From an uncultured Candidatus Saccharibacteria bacterium (GTDB taxonomy: Bacteria > Patescibacteriota > Minisyncoccia > Phycocordibacterales > PALSA-1337), in NCBI GenBank assembly GCA_964467225.1, contig CAYXPQ010000002.1, forward strand, positions 7,901 to 71,900: a stretch of 64,000 nucleotides of DNA, in the 5' to 3' direction. Below, piece by piece: positions 1 through 8,708 of this stretch (within the stretch, counting starts at the first letter, position 1; each line of letters opens with the position of its first letter). The position numbers and the translations under genes are program-made. A model generated the notes under the pieces. The model was not told where the DNA came from. It searched no databases and was given only the letters and a program-made list of their open reading frames with translations.

Positions 1-263
1 GAGAATAATGCGCCAACCAAGAATCCTAATGATGTCTCAAGTCCTAGTGTTCCCCATATAACAAAGAACAGAATTGCTGCAATTATCGCAATAGTCTTAT
101 ATTGTCTGTTTAGATATGCCTTTGCACCTTCCTGAATAGCATGTGCTATTTCTCTCATCCTATCGTTACCTGTTGGCTTTTTGATTATATTTAATATTAA
201 AATAAAGCCGTATATCAAAGCTATAACTGAACTTACAATTGCAAATATAACTGAAGAATTCAT
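1..263 (-). CDS. hppA: Membrane-bound H+/Na+-translocating pyrophosphatase, N-terminal part (runs off the window)
   Basis: Manual translation from ATG at 263: MNSSVIFAIVSSVIALIYGFILILNIIKKPTGNDRMREIAHAIQEGAKAYLNRQYKTI; the G-x-x-x-M-x-x-I-A-x-x-I-x-E-G-A-x-A-Y-L-x-R-Q-Y pattern is typical of mPPases. Confidence 0.9.
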   Translation of the reverse strand, partial: MNSSVIFAIVSSVIALIYGFILILNIIKKPTGNDRMREIAHAIQEGAKAYLNRQYKTIAIIAAILFFVIWGTLGLETSLGFLVGALF

Positions 264-357
264 AATAAATATTGTTAATTGAAAACACTATTAATAATAG
301 CCAGAATATTAGCATATTTATTGAATTATGCCAGTATTTGCTGGGTTTATAATAAAT

Positions 358-924
358 CTAATACTTTCGTATTACACCCTTCACCACCGCAACAACATTT
401 AACTCGTTCTCTGGGTAAATAGGCTTATAGTTTTTATTGGCTGGCTCTAGATATACTTTATTACCCTTTCTTTTGAAATATTTCATTGTCCAACCACCAT
501 CAACCTCAGCAATGACAATATCATTCTCTTTAGGATTATTTGTTCTCTCTACTATTACATAATCCCCTTCCTTTATGCCCTCTTCGATCATAGAATCACC
601 CTTAACCTCAAGTATATATGTAGAACTTCTATCCTCAATCAAATATGAATCAAGGTTGAGTGTATCAAGTATTGATTCATCAGCAACAGTAGGTATTCCT
701 GCTTCTACTAATCCAAGTAAATTTACTTCAGGAGATATGCTATTGGGAATTAATTTGCCTGTACTATCCTTGCTTAGAATATTTGCTTCAATGAGTTTAT
801 TTACCAATTTATAAACTGCATTTTTGGACTTAAATCCAACTAACTCCATAATCTCACTGTAGCTCGGCATTCTTTTTTTCCTGTCATAGAAATTTAGAAT
901 GCTATTTTTATATTTCTCCATCAC
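358..924 (-). CDS. lexA: LexA-family SOS repressor (wHTH + S24 peptidase)
   Basis: N-terminal MPSYSEI..GFKS wHTH, Ala-Gly cleavage site (VEAGIP), catalytic Ser (GDSM) and Lys (TMKY). Confidence 0.9.
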   Translation of the reverse strand: MMEKYKNSILNFYDRKKRMPSYSEIMELVGFKSKNAVYKLVNKLIEANILSKDSTGKLIPNSISPEVNLLGLVEAGIPTVADESILDTLNLDSYLIEDRSSTYILEVKGDSMIEEGIKEGDYVIVERTNNPKENDIVIAEVDGGWTMKYFKRKGNKVYLEPANKNYKPIYPENELNVVAVVKGVIRKY

Positions 925-1130
925 AGTAGTATACTTGTTAATAATCCCAATGTTCTCCTAAATATACTGAAATTAGACTGTCTCTCAAAACTATTGAACT
1001 GAGTCATTAGGAATTTGTGTCTTCTAGCTTCAGCTTTATATGGCAGACCTTTAATAATTTTTAAATCAATAGTGTTATTTAACTTTTTAATTTCCTTTTG
1101 AACATTGTATACAATTTTAAATTTACTCAT
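921..1130 (-). CDS. Small hypothetical protein, first gene of the lexA operon
   Basis: 69-aa ORF whose stop overlaps the lexA start (ATGA); promoter directly upstream. Confidence 0.65.
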   Translation of the reverse strand: MSKFKIVYNVQKEIKKLNNTIDLKIIKGLPYKAEARRHKFLMTQFNSFERQSNFSIFRRTLGLLTSILL

Positions 1131-1166
1131 ATATTTTGAAATTAAATATCTTGCTTATATGAGTAT

Positions 1167-1195
1167 ATTATATAGTGAACATTCGTTCACTGCAA
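1167..1195 (-). promoter_or_regulatory. sigma70 promoter with a putative LexA operator AGTGAAC-N4-GTTCACT (1174-1191) in the spacer
   Basis: Minus strand TTGCAG-17nt-TATAAT; perfect 7-bp palindrome with a GAAC-N4-GTTC core upstream of the lexA operon. Confidence 0.8.
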
Positions 1196-1203
1196 TGTGT
1201 AAT

Positions 1204-1212
1204 TGTGGATAA
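1204..1212 (-). promoter_or_regulatory. Consensus DnaA box (TTATCCACA)
   Basis: tgtggataa on the + strand; single box, function uncertain. Confidence 0.35.
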
Positions 1213-1215
1213 GTA

Positions 1216-1788
1216 TTATTTAAATTGCATTTTCTCAATATAAACAGAAACAAAAGAGCCAATAAAAATTATTAATAGATACAAAGATATGATGCTGTAA
1301 TAATCTAAATTCAAATTATTTATTATCCCCAGAATGCATACAACAATCCACGATATTACTGATATAGCACCAGCGATAAATGCTAGACGCCTAACATTTC
1401 TTCTTTTATTTGAAATGAAGAAATCTTTTTTCAATAAATTATCCCAAATATAATTATTAAGTATATAACCATTTACAAGAAGAACTGCCATAATGGTCAT
1501 TTTAGCTAGAAATTTTGCTGATGATAAATATTTATCAATATCAGAAAGGAAAATTGCTATCCCTGATAAAATAATGAAGAATAAGCTGATCAAAACTACC
1601 TTTGACAATATTGATAGAGTGCTTATTTCCGTTTTATTTAATTTCTTATCTTTACTGAAGAAAGTAAAGAGTATATCAGAGATCAAAGCTGATCCCATGC
1701 CAAATATTACACTTATTACATGCAGAATAATTGCAGGTACTTTTGTACTTTCAAAAAATTCAACAAACTCCATTTTATTTTTTTGCAA
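1216..1788 (-). CDS. Multi-pass membrane protein, unknown function
   Basis: 190 aa with about 5 hydrophobic segments; overlaps the end of the SPFH gene. Confidence 0.75.
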   Translation of the reverse strand: MQKNKMEFVEFFESTKVPAIILHVISVIFGMGSALISDILFTFFSKDKKLNKTEISTLSILSKVVLISLFFIILSGIAIFLSDIDKYLSSAKFLAKMTIMAVLLVNGYILNNYIWDNLLKKDFFISNKRRNVRRLAFIAGAISVISWIVVCILGIINNLNLDYYSIISLYLLIIFIGSFVSVYIEKMQFK

Positions 1789-2515
1789 ACCCTTCTAGAG
1801 CCTTTATTGCTTCAACTGGGACCATATAGACTACTGTATTACTTTGATCTGATGACATATCATTAATAGATTGTAGTGTTCTTAAATGTAACGCTCCTGG
1901 AGTCTTGGCTAGCATTTCTGCAGCTTTAGCGATATTTTCTGATGCAGCAAGCTCGCCTTCTGAGTTTATTATTACCGCCCTCTTCTCCCTCTCTGCTTCT
2001 GCCTGCTTACCTATTGTCCTTTCCATTTCTGCAGGTAGACTCACATCCTTTAACTCTACATTTTGAACCTTTAACCCCCAAGCATCTGTTTCTCGATCTA
2101 CTATCTCTCTAATTCTATCTGCTATCTTATCTCTACTTGAAAGTAATTCATCCAACGTTACCTCACCAACTATATTTCTCATTGTTGTCTGAGCATATTG
2201 AGATATAGCATATCTAAAATCTTCAACTTCGTTGATAGCCTTATCAGCATCACTGACTTTATAATAAATAACTGCATTAACCTTAACAGACACATTGTCT
2301 CTAGTAATTGCATTCTGATCTGGTACATCTACAGCTTTTGTTCTTATATCTACCTTTTGATAGCTTTGAATAATTGGCCAAACAATTCTCCACCCAGGTT
2401 CCATCACAGAACTGAATTTACCAAAAGTAAATTTGACTCCTCTCTGATATTGATTTATCTGGCGCACACTCGCAATAATTAGAAATATTGCAATATAGAT
2501 AATTATGTAGGACAT
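1775..2515 (-). CDS. SPFH/stomatin (slipin) family protein
   Basis: N-terminal TM, ITRDNVSVKVNAVIYY, AQTTMRNIVG, QAEAEREKRA, ALHLRTLQ stomatin motifs. Confidence 0.93.
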   Translation of the reverse strand: MSYIIIYIAIFLIIASVRQINQYQRGVKFTFGKFSSVMEPGWRIVWPIIQSYQKVDIRTKAVDVPDQNAITRDNVSVKVNAVIYYKVSDADKAINEVEDFRYAISQYAQTTMRNIVGEVTLDELLSSRDKIADRIREIVDRETDAWGLKVQNVELKDVSLPAEMERTIGKQAEAEREKRAVIINSEGELAASENIAKAAEMLAKTPGALHLRTLQSINDMSSDQSNTVVYMVPVEAIKALEGFAKK

Positions 2516-2607
2516 ATTATTAAAATAATTTAGCTTATATACTTATATTTATACCATATTTATAAAAGAAAAGAACCGCCCGAAGGCGATTCGTGAAGGT
2601 TTGCTGA

Positions 2608-2835
2608 TCAAGTTTCGATAAGCTCTGCGTGACTGTTATTTAATTCACGCAAGTAGCTTAATGCTGCACCCACAGCGTTACGGCCACCTACATAAAACCA
2701 CGCATTAGACCTATCATGATTTTGAGGTGGTGGTCCAATCTGTCCTGGATACTCACCAGGCTCCAACTCATGAATCTTAGCTTTTCCTCCAGAGTGATCC
2801 ATGACTTGAAGCTTGCTTCTAACAATCAACTTCAT
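2608..2835 (-). CDS. Orphan hypothetical protein with its own promoter, GGAGG RBS and terminator
   Basis: 75 aa; TTGACC..TGATATAAA and GGAGG upstream; hairpin CGCC-CGAA-GGCG at ~2577-2588 downstream. Confidence 0.65.
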   Translation of the reverse strand: MKLIVRSKLQVMDHSGGKAKIHELEPGEYPGQIGPPPQNHDRSNAWFYVGGRNAVGAALSYLRELNNSHAELIET

Positions 2836-2912
2836 ACTTATTATCCTCCGTATATATTTATATCACTAATTAAATTTGGGTCAATTGTTTGTTAATTTCA
2901 ATTTTAGAAAAC

Positions 2913-2976
2913 AAAAAACCGCATAAAGCGGAATTTTGCGAATTTAATATACGGTGTATATTTCCCTCTCGTCAAT
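2913..2976 (-). ncRNA. Putative ~65-nt antisense sRNA (5' seed ATTGACGAGAGGGA, hairpin, intrinsic terminator)
   Basis: Promoter TTGACT(3011-3006)-17nt-TAATAT(2988-2983); hairpin AATATAC-ACC-GTATATT; terminator CCGC-TTTAT-GCGG-TTTTTT; no ORF. Confidence 0.6.
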
Positions 2977-3024
2977 ATACATATATTATTTCATTCTTAA
3001 TGATAAGTCAAGACTAATTTTGTA

Positions 3025-3131
3025 AATAATTACTTTTTCCTGTGGAGGTGAGGGGACTCGAACCCCCAAACTCCATTTGACGAGAAGGAATTGTGTACCG
3101 CACACCACCCCCATAGGAAAAAATAATCATT
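3025..3131 (-). ncRNA. tRNA-Ala/tmRNA-like RNA (core 3043-3112) embedded in an extended terminal stem
   Basis: GGGGGTG/CACCTCC-A acceptor with G3:U70; T-arm GGGGG-TTCGAGT-CCCCT; small D-like hairpin; anticodon-position stem with a 12-nt loop; flanks pair over 19 further positions. Confidence 0.7.
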
Positions 3132-3140
3132 CTTGAATGA

Positions 3141-3197
3141 ATGTTATCAAAGTGGGTATTAAGAAAAGCTTAAGAAGTTATTAAGATTTAATGAAGA
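3141..3197 (-). promoter_or_regulatory. Extended -10 (TGaTAACAT) plus tandem 11-bp-periodic TCTTAA boxes (activator-type site)
   Basis: TTAAGA on + at 3159, 3170 and 3181, and TGAAGA at 3192; same box and spacing at 44092/44103. Confidence 0.6.
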
Positions 3198-3251
3198 TTG
3201 GGGATAGGTTATTATAACTGTTTTGTTTTTCCGTAATGACTATTTGGATTA

Positions 3252-3773
3252 CTATTTTATACCTTGCTGATTACTATTTTTAATTTCCTCAATAATGTCA
3301 TACAGGAATATTGAAATTTCTGCTGAAATATCAATTAGAATATCTCTCAATAGGCCTTCTTTAGAATCAAAATTATATTTATTAATGATATAATTCTTAC
3401 CTCCAAACATTCCTAATTCATCAATGTCTGATTCTGAAAGATTATATTCTAATTCATGTCCAACTTTATTTCTAAGTTTATTCAATCTAAGCAATCTATC
3501 AGCTACTTTTTTACCATCTTGAAATGATTTCAAATTACTTTTAAAATCCTTTAATTTAGAAATCTTATGATGAAATCCACTTCTTTTAATTTCATCCATT
3601 GTAAATGCATCAACCAAAATAAGTACTTGATTTAAATAATACTCACAAATTAAATTAGCTTTGATTATTAGAACATCTGATGGTTTATCGGGCGATAAAA
3701 AATTTTTAACCTTATTCCTAAAAGAATCCAGATGATTTTTTATTGAATCTTGATTATTGTTATCATTTTGCAT
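3252..3773 (-). CDS. HEPN-motif (RxxxxH) putative RNase; start re-assigned to ATG at 3773
   Basis: RNKVGH motif plus upstream CEYYL helix; the longer ORF call overlaps tRNA-Glu. Confidence 0.65.
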   Translation of the reverse strand: MQNDNNNQDSIKNHLDSFRNKVKNFLSPDKPSDVLIIKANLICEYYLNQVLILVDAFTMDEIKRSGFHHKISKLKDFKSNLKSFQDGKKVADRLLRLNKLRNKVGHELEYNLSESDIDELGMFGGKNYIINKYNFDSKEGLLRDILIDISAEISIFLYDIIEEIKNSNQQGIK

Positions 3774-3788
3774 GATTTTATTTTCATG

Positions 3789-3860
3789 TGACCCTACAGG
3801 GAATCGAACCCTGCTTTGAGCCTTGAGAAGGCTCCGTCCTAGCCGATAGACGATAGGGCC
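3789..3860 (-). tRNA. tRNA-Glu(CTC)
   Basis: GGCCCTA/TAGGGTC acceptor; GAGCC-TTCTCAA-GGCTC anticodon arm; GGTTCGATTCC. Confidence 0.95.
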
Positions 3861-3890
3861 ATAGGCACAACTAAAACAATAGAACAAAAT

Positions 3891-5141
3891 CTACTTCTTA
3901 GCAAGCCACTCTGGTTCTTGTCTAACCAATAAATCAGAAGCTCTGTCTGGATCAGACAACAAAATCTTTGTAGCTCTTTCTAATCTAATAGATTGAGAAC
4001 CCTTTAGTAAGACTATATCACCCTCCCCAATTATTCCTTTTACATATTCACCAGCATTTATTGATGAATCAAAATGTACTGAATCTTTACTCATTAGTTT
4101 AGCTCTTGGTCCAACTGTTACTAGAATATTGCAGACTTTCATTGCTTTCTCGCCAATTTTCCTATGTTCATCAGTAGAATATTTACCCAATTCCATCATA
4201 TCTCCTAATACTGCTATTTTTTTGCCTGTAGTCTCAATTTTAGATAAAGCATTCAACGCTTCGCTAACAGCATCTGGTGATGAATTGTATGTATCATCTA
4301 TAAGAGTACTACCATTTATTCCAGACAAAATATTCATTCTGCCCTTTGATGGAATATGATTTGGTATGGATTCAACTATTTTATTAATGGAAATATTTCT
4401 AGCAATTCCCACTACAGATGCAGCAAGAACTGGATAAATAAATTGATTACCAATAGCTCCCTTGATATTTACAGGAATACTGTTACCTTCATAATTTAAT
4501 TTAAATAATACTCCAGATTTTATATTCATAGATATATCTGATGCAGATATTGTTGCAGAGTTGTCTATACCAAATGTCATTACTTTCTGTTTATAATTTT
4601 TACTTGCCTCTACAAGACGCTTGTCATCAGCGGAAACAATCAGTGTTCCACTATTTTTCAAGGATTCTGCCAAGTATAATTTCTCTTTCAATACATCCTC
4701 AGGTGTAGGGAAAAATTCAGCATGAGCAGGAATTTCACTGACCTTTGTAATAACAGCAATATCCGTTTTCAACCATTTTGATACTTTTTTTATATCATTA
4801 GGATGATCTGCACCAACTTCCAGAACAAGACATTCTGGATATTTGGATTTAAATAAAATCAGCTCAAGACCATAGAAAATATTTTTTAACCAAATAGCAA
4901 AATCGCTCCAGCCATTTTGACAGCCAAGAATTGTTAGTGGTATACCAATATCACTGTTGAAACTCTTTTCGCTTTTCCTTACATATGAGTTATTGGTCAG
5001 AACAGTATAAATAGCATCTTTTGTTGATGTTTTTCCTACACTTCCAGTTACCGCTACTATAAATGGCTTATATTTCCTTATAATTAATTTTGACTCAAGT
5101 ATAAGTATAAATACAATTATTTTCTTTATTATAAATTTCAT
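3891..5141 (-). CDS. murF: UDP-N-acetylmuramoyl-tripeptide--D-Ala-D-Ala ligase
   Basis: VTGSVGKTSTK P-loop, IDDTYNSSP, LGDMMELG, LKGSQ. Confidence 0.92.
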   Translation of the reverse strand: MKFIIKKIIVFILILESKLIIRKYKPFIVAVTGSVGKTSTKDAIYTVLTNNSYVRKSEKSFNSDIGIPLTILGCQNGWSDFAIWLKNIFYGLELILFKSKYPECLVLEVGADHPNDIKKVSKWLKTDIAVITKVSEIPAHAEFFPTPEDVLKEKLYLAESLKNSGTLIVSADDKRLVEASKNYKQKVMTFGIDNSATISASDISMNIKSGVLFKLNYEGNSIPVNIKGAIGNQFIYPVLAASVVGIARNISINKIVESIPNHIPSKGRMNILSGINGSTLIDDTYNSSPDAVSEALNALSKIETTGKKIAVLGDMMELGKYSTDEHRKIGEKAMKVCNILVTVGPRAKLMSKDSVHFDSSINAGEYVKGIIGEGDIVLLKGSQSIRLERATKILLSDPDRASDLLVRQEPEWLAKK

Positions 5142-5142
5142 A

Positions 5143-6852
5143 TTATCTATCTGGTGGTAACTCGTAATAATTTATAAGGAATTTAGTAATCTGTATAAAT
5201 GGATCTGCCAAGGTTTCTGAAGCGAAATCAGCATTTTTAGGATAGACATGATATAAGAACACAATAAATCTAGGGTTATATGCTGGGAAATATCCAAAAA
5301 ATGAGTGCAGATATCTGTCTCTATAATAACCCCTGTTTATCCTATCTGCAATCTGAGCTGTTCCAGTCTTAGCAGCAATACTATAATGATCCATCTTGTA
5401 GGCTCCCTTTTTCAACGACTCATCTACAACCCTAACAAGCATTTTTGTAACATCATCTGCTGTCTCTTTACTGAGAACCTGAACCACAGGTGGTTCCAAT
5501 GTCTCAATAGTTCCATCAATATACTCAAATCTTGTTGTAAGATGAGGAGTGACTAATTTACCACCATTTGCTAATACAGACAATGCTCTAATGGTTGCAA
5601 TGGGAGTGAGAGCGATACCTTGCCCATAAGATGCTGTTGCTATTTCTACATCTCTTTTACTTTCAATATTTTTAATTATACTCAATTGTTCGTTCGGCTG
5701 ATCGATGCCAGATAGTTCAGAAAGTCCAAATTTTTTAAAATAATCTACAAAGGTAGTGTGCCCCATCTTCAATGCCACGTTTGCCGCTCCAATATTCAAT
5801 GACTGACTTAATATCTCTTGAACATTTGTCCTACCTCTTGCTCTACCATCAAAATTAGCAATCCTCTTTCCATTTAACTCCATTGTGCCAGTGTCTTCAT
5901 AAGTGTAATTTTTGTCTATTGTTTGAGAATCAATTCCAGCAGCAATTGTCAGTGGTTTTATAATGGAACCCATTTCAAAAACATTTTCAACTATTGCATT
6001 TGAGAAAATCTTAGGATCAGTAATTTCCTTTAAATTATTAGAATTAAAACTGGGTGATGATGATATGGCATATATTCTTCCATCATTAGGATCCATAATT
6101 ATAGCACCCATAGAATCTGAATTCCATTTAGATCTAACACTTGCAACAGTCTTATCTAAATAGTTCTGAACAGATGGTTCGATAGCTGTAACGATATCTC
6201 CAGAACGTTGCTCTGAATTAAACACGGAACTAGTAATAGTATTAAATATCTCAGCAAAAACATTTATAGAAGTATTTAAAGAAGTTCGTGAGAGAATTTC
6301 TTCATAATATCTTTCAAGTCCGTATCTACCAGCTATTTTATTGTTACTATCTGATCCAACAAGTCCTACAGAATGTGACGCCAGAGAATCTCCTGGATAT
6401 ACTCGCCAGGATTCTCTAGAGAGAATAACGCCCTTAATTCTTAAATCCAGAATTGAATTTCCAATACTCTTTTCAACTCTTTTTTGGATTTCCTCATATG
6501 GATCATTTCTCTTCATTGCCTTTACCAAAAAATTTTCTCTATCAAGATTAATATAAGTAGACAAAGTAAGATATACTGCTTCTGGATTCTCAATATTTTT
6601 TGGATTTATGGCCAAGGTATATCCTTCTTTAACTGTAGCAGCAGCGATTTTTGTACTATCTTTTAATTCAAAAAAAATAGAACCTCTATCGAAATTTGAA
6701 GACGTTGGCTTTTCATATTGCGCATTTGCCTTTTGAATATAAGTTTCCTTATTTATAATCTGTAAACTATATAATTTTGATACAATCAAAAGACCAAATA
6801 CACAAAATACAGCGAGAATGATTCTAATTCGTAAAACTGAATTTACATTCAT
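5143..6852 (-). CDS. ftsI: Class B penicillin-binding protein (FtsI/PBP3-like)
   Basis: SxxK (GSIIK), SLN and KTG motifs; dcw cluster context. Confidence 0.85.
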   Translation of the reverse strand: MNVNSVLRIRIILAVFCVFGLLIVSKLYSLQIINKETYIQKANAQYEKPTSSNFDRGSIFFELKDSTKIAAATVKEGYTLAINPKNIENPEAVYLTLSTYINLDRENFLVKAMKRNDPYEEIQKRVEKSIGNSILDLRIKGVILSRESWRVYPGDSLASHSVGLVGSDSNNKIAGRYGLERYYEEILSRTSLNTSINVFAEIFNTITSSVFNSEQRSGDIVTAIEPSVQNYLDKTVASVRSKWNSDSMGAIIMDPNDGRIYAISSSPSFNSNNLKEITDPKIFSNAIVENVFEMGSIIKPLTIAAGIDSQTIDKNYTYEDTGTMELNGKRIANFDGRARGRTNVQEILSQSLNIGAANVALKMGHTTFVDYFKKFGLSELSGIDQPNEQLSIIKNIESKRDVEIATASYGQGIALTPIATIRALSVLANGGKLVTPHLTTRFEYIDGTIETLEPPVVQVLSKETADDVTKMLVRVVDESLKKGAYKMDHYSIAAKTGTAQIADRINRGYYRDRYLHSFFGYFPAYNPRFIVFLYHVYPKNADFASETLADPFIQITKFLINYYELPPDR

Positions 6853-7172
6853 TATTTTGTAACAAAGGCTGTTAGAGACTTCTTAGAAATAAAGTTACTA
6901 ACTTCACTATCCCTAAATCCCCTAGCATGAGCTAATTCAATATTTATCTCATTTTTTGTTTTAAAATATACACTCTCTAATTCACTAACCTTAGTAGATC
7001 TTTCTCTAATTTCCTTAACAATCTTCTCTTTTGCCACAACGTTTACTATAGTTGAGTGTATAATATAAACATAATATATACTAAAGATAGATATCAAAAC
7101 CACAAGTAAGCCGAATATTCTTTCCCTATACCTTAGAACTGTCTGCAAATTATCTACTATTACTTGTGTCAT
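6852..7172 (-). CDS. FtsL-like cell division protein
   Basis: Single TM plus coiled coil, located between rsmH and ftsI. Confidence 0.65.
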   Translation of the reverse strand: MTQVIVDNLQTVLRYRERIFGLLVVLISIFSIYYVYIIHSTIVNVVAKEKIVKEIRERSTKVSELESVYFKTKNEINIELAHARGFRDSEVSNFISKKSLTAFVTK

Positions 7173-7173
7173 G

Positions 7174-8067
7174 TTATTTTATTTTTTCTATTATTCTTAA
7201 TTTTGCACTTCTTGATCTAGGATTCTCAATAATTTCATTTGCAGAAGGTACTATTGGTTTTTTGGTATGAATCAAGGCCCAACCTAACTCTTCCTTTTCC
7301 TTATTAAAATTTTTTACAATTCTATCTTCTAAACTATGAAATGATATTACAGAAATCCTTCCTCCTACTGCCAATCTACTAAAACCATCTTCTAATCCCT
7401 TTTTTAAAGTATTCAATTCATCATTTACTGCAATTCTTAAAGCTTGAAAGGTTCTTGTAGCTGGATGAATTCTTCCTCTTCTATAAAATATTGGTACAGA
7501 TTGAGAAATTATTTCTACCAATTCACTTGTCGATTCAATTGATTTTTTCTTTCTATAATTTACTATTGCTCTAGCGATTCTTCTTGCGTATTTCTCTTCT
7601 CCATATCCATAAATAATGTCAGCTATGCTTTCTTCTTGCCAAGTATTAACAATTTGATTTGCAGTTATGTCACTTTCAGAAGGACTCTGTTTAAATGTCA
7701 TTAACAAAGGTTCATCATTCTTAAATGTAAATCCTCTGCCAGACGTTTCAAATTGGTCTGATGATAGCCCCAAATCAAGCATTATTCTGTTTACTTTGTC
7801 TATCTTTAATTCATTGAGAACCTTAGAAATGTCTCCATAGCTTGCCTCTTTCAAAATTATATTATTTGAATCACCTAATCTTTCTCTTGATCTTTCTAAT
7901 GCACCAATATCTCTATCAAGTCCTATTATTGTGATTTTTCCATCTGCTTGTTTTAAAGCATATTCTGCATGTCCTGCACTACCAAGAGTTCCATCGAGAT
8001 AGATGTCTCCTGATTTTATAGCAAGTCCATCAATTGATTCATGTAAAAGAACTGTCTTATGTATCAT
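7174..8067 (-). CDS. rsmH: 16S rRNA m4C1402 methyltransferase
   Basis: HKTVLL, DGTLGSAGH, DLGLSS, HPATRTFQALRIAVN, FHSLEDR, NPRSRSAKLR. Confidence 0.97.
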   Translation of the reverse strand: MIHKTVLLHESIDGLAIKSGDIYLDGTLGSAGHAEYALKQADGKITIIGLDRDIGALERSRERLGDSNNIILKEASYGDISKVLNELKIDKVNRIMLDLGLSSDQFETSGRGFTFKNDEPLLMTFKQSPSESDITANQIVNTWQEESIADIIYGYGEEKYARRIARAIVNYRKKKSIESTSELVEIISQSVPIFYRRGRIHPATRTFQALRIAVNDELNTLKKGLEDGFSRLAVGGRISVISFHSLEDRIVKNFNKEKEELGWALIHTKKPIVPSANEIIENPRSRSAKLRIIEKIK

Positions 8068-8069
8068 AG

Positions 8070-8513
8070 CTATAGTATTCCGACTGATCCTAATTTCTCT
8101 GCCAAGGCATCAGTCTTTTTCTCTACTGTCGTACGATACGATGACCAAACCTTCTCATCCCATATCTCAACCCTATTGAGCACACCAATAATTGCTACTT
8201 TTGACTTAATATTGGCATGCTCACAGAGATGAACCGGAATAAGTATTCGACCAATCGAATCAACTTCAACTTCGGTCGCTCGACCAAATATTATTCGGTT
8301 GAAATTACGATTGTCAGCCTGCAAAACCGATGAAGAATCTGGCCTCGATAGTCGCTCGGCGAATTCCTTCCATCCCTTCAATGTAAAAACGAAGAGACAG
8401 CTATCTATCCCTGGAGCTATAACAACTGTATTTCCCATTTCCTTTCTGAATTTTGACGGAAGTGAGACTCTACTTTTGTCGTCTATCGTGTGCAGATGTT
8501 CTCCGATTAGCAT
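8070..8513 (-). CDS. mraZ: Division/cell-wall cluster transcriptional repressor MraZ (start probably MLIGE at 8513)
   Basis: IDDKSRVSLPSKFR and VDSIGRILIP repeats. Confidence 0.95.
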   Translation of the reverse strand: MLIGEHLHTIDDKSRVSLPSKFRKEMGNTVVIAPGIDSCLFVFTLKGWKEFAERLSRPDSSSVLQADNRNFNRIIFGRATEVEVDSIGRILIPVHLCEHANIKSKVAIIGVLNRVEIWDEKVWSSYRTTVEKKTDALAEKLGSVGIL

Positions 8514-8570
8514 AGGCTGAGTGTTCAAGTTTCAGAGCTAATTTTAAAGTGTCGATAATTTAAAATTATT

Positions 8571-8609
8571 TCCTACTTCTTCCCACTTGCATACCATTTT
8601 ATCCCACTT
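8571..8609 (-). promoter_or_regulatory. MraZ-binding GTGGG-type repeats
   Basis: Minus strand GTGGGA, ATGGTA, GTGGGA, GTAGGA at ~10-bp spacing upstream of mraZ. Confidence 0.75.
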
Positions 8610-8708
8610 CATTTAACTTTGCAAACAAAGTTATCCACTTTTTTACATAAAAAAATAAAATCCCACTATCTTATTTAGTGGAATTCTATTTCTTAGGATT
8701 TTGGAGAT

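Noticed and set aside
2904-2939. Minus-strand frame GCA-AAA-TTC... (AKFRFMRFFVF*) as a tmRNA tag peptide
   Set aside because: It runs through the terminator hairpin and U-tract and lacks an Ala-rich ssrA-type C-terminus; not supportable.
3043-3112. Calling this a normal tRNA-Ala or a complete tmRNA
   Set aside because: It has no 7-nt anticodon loop, no U8 or canonical D-arm, and no internal tag ORF or pseudoknots. It is reported only as tRNA-like.
3774-3887. N-terminal extension of ORF 3252..3887
   Set aside because: It runs through tRNA-Glu; the ATG at 3773 is the plausible start.
1204-8639. DnaA boxes at 1204 and 8631 (one mismatch) as oriC
   Set aside because: They are isolated boxes with no cluster, no dnaA/dnaN and no change in gene orientation bias.
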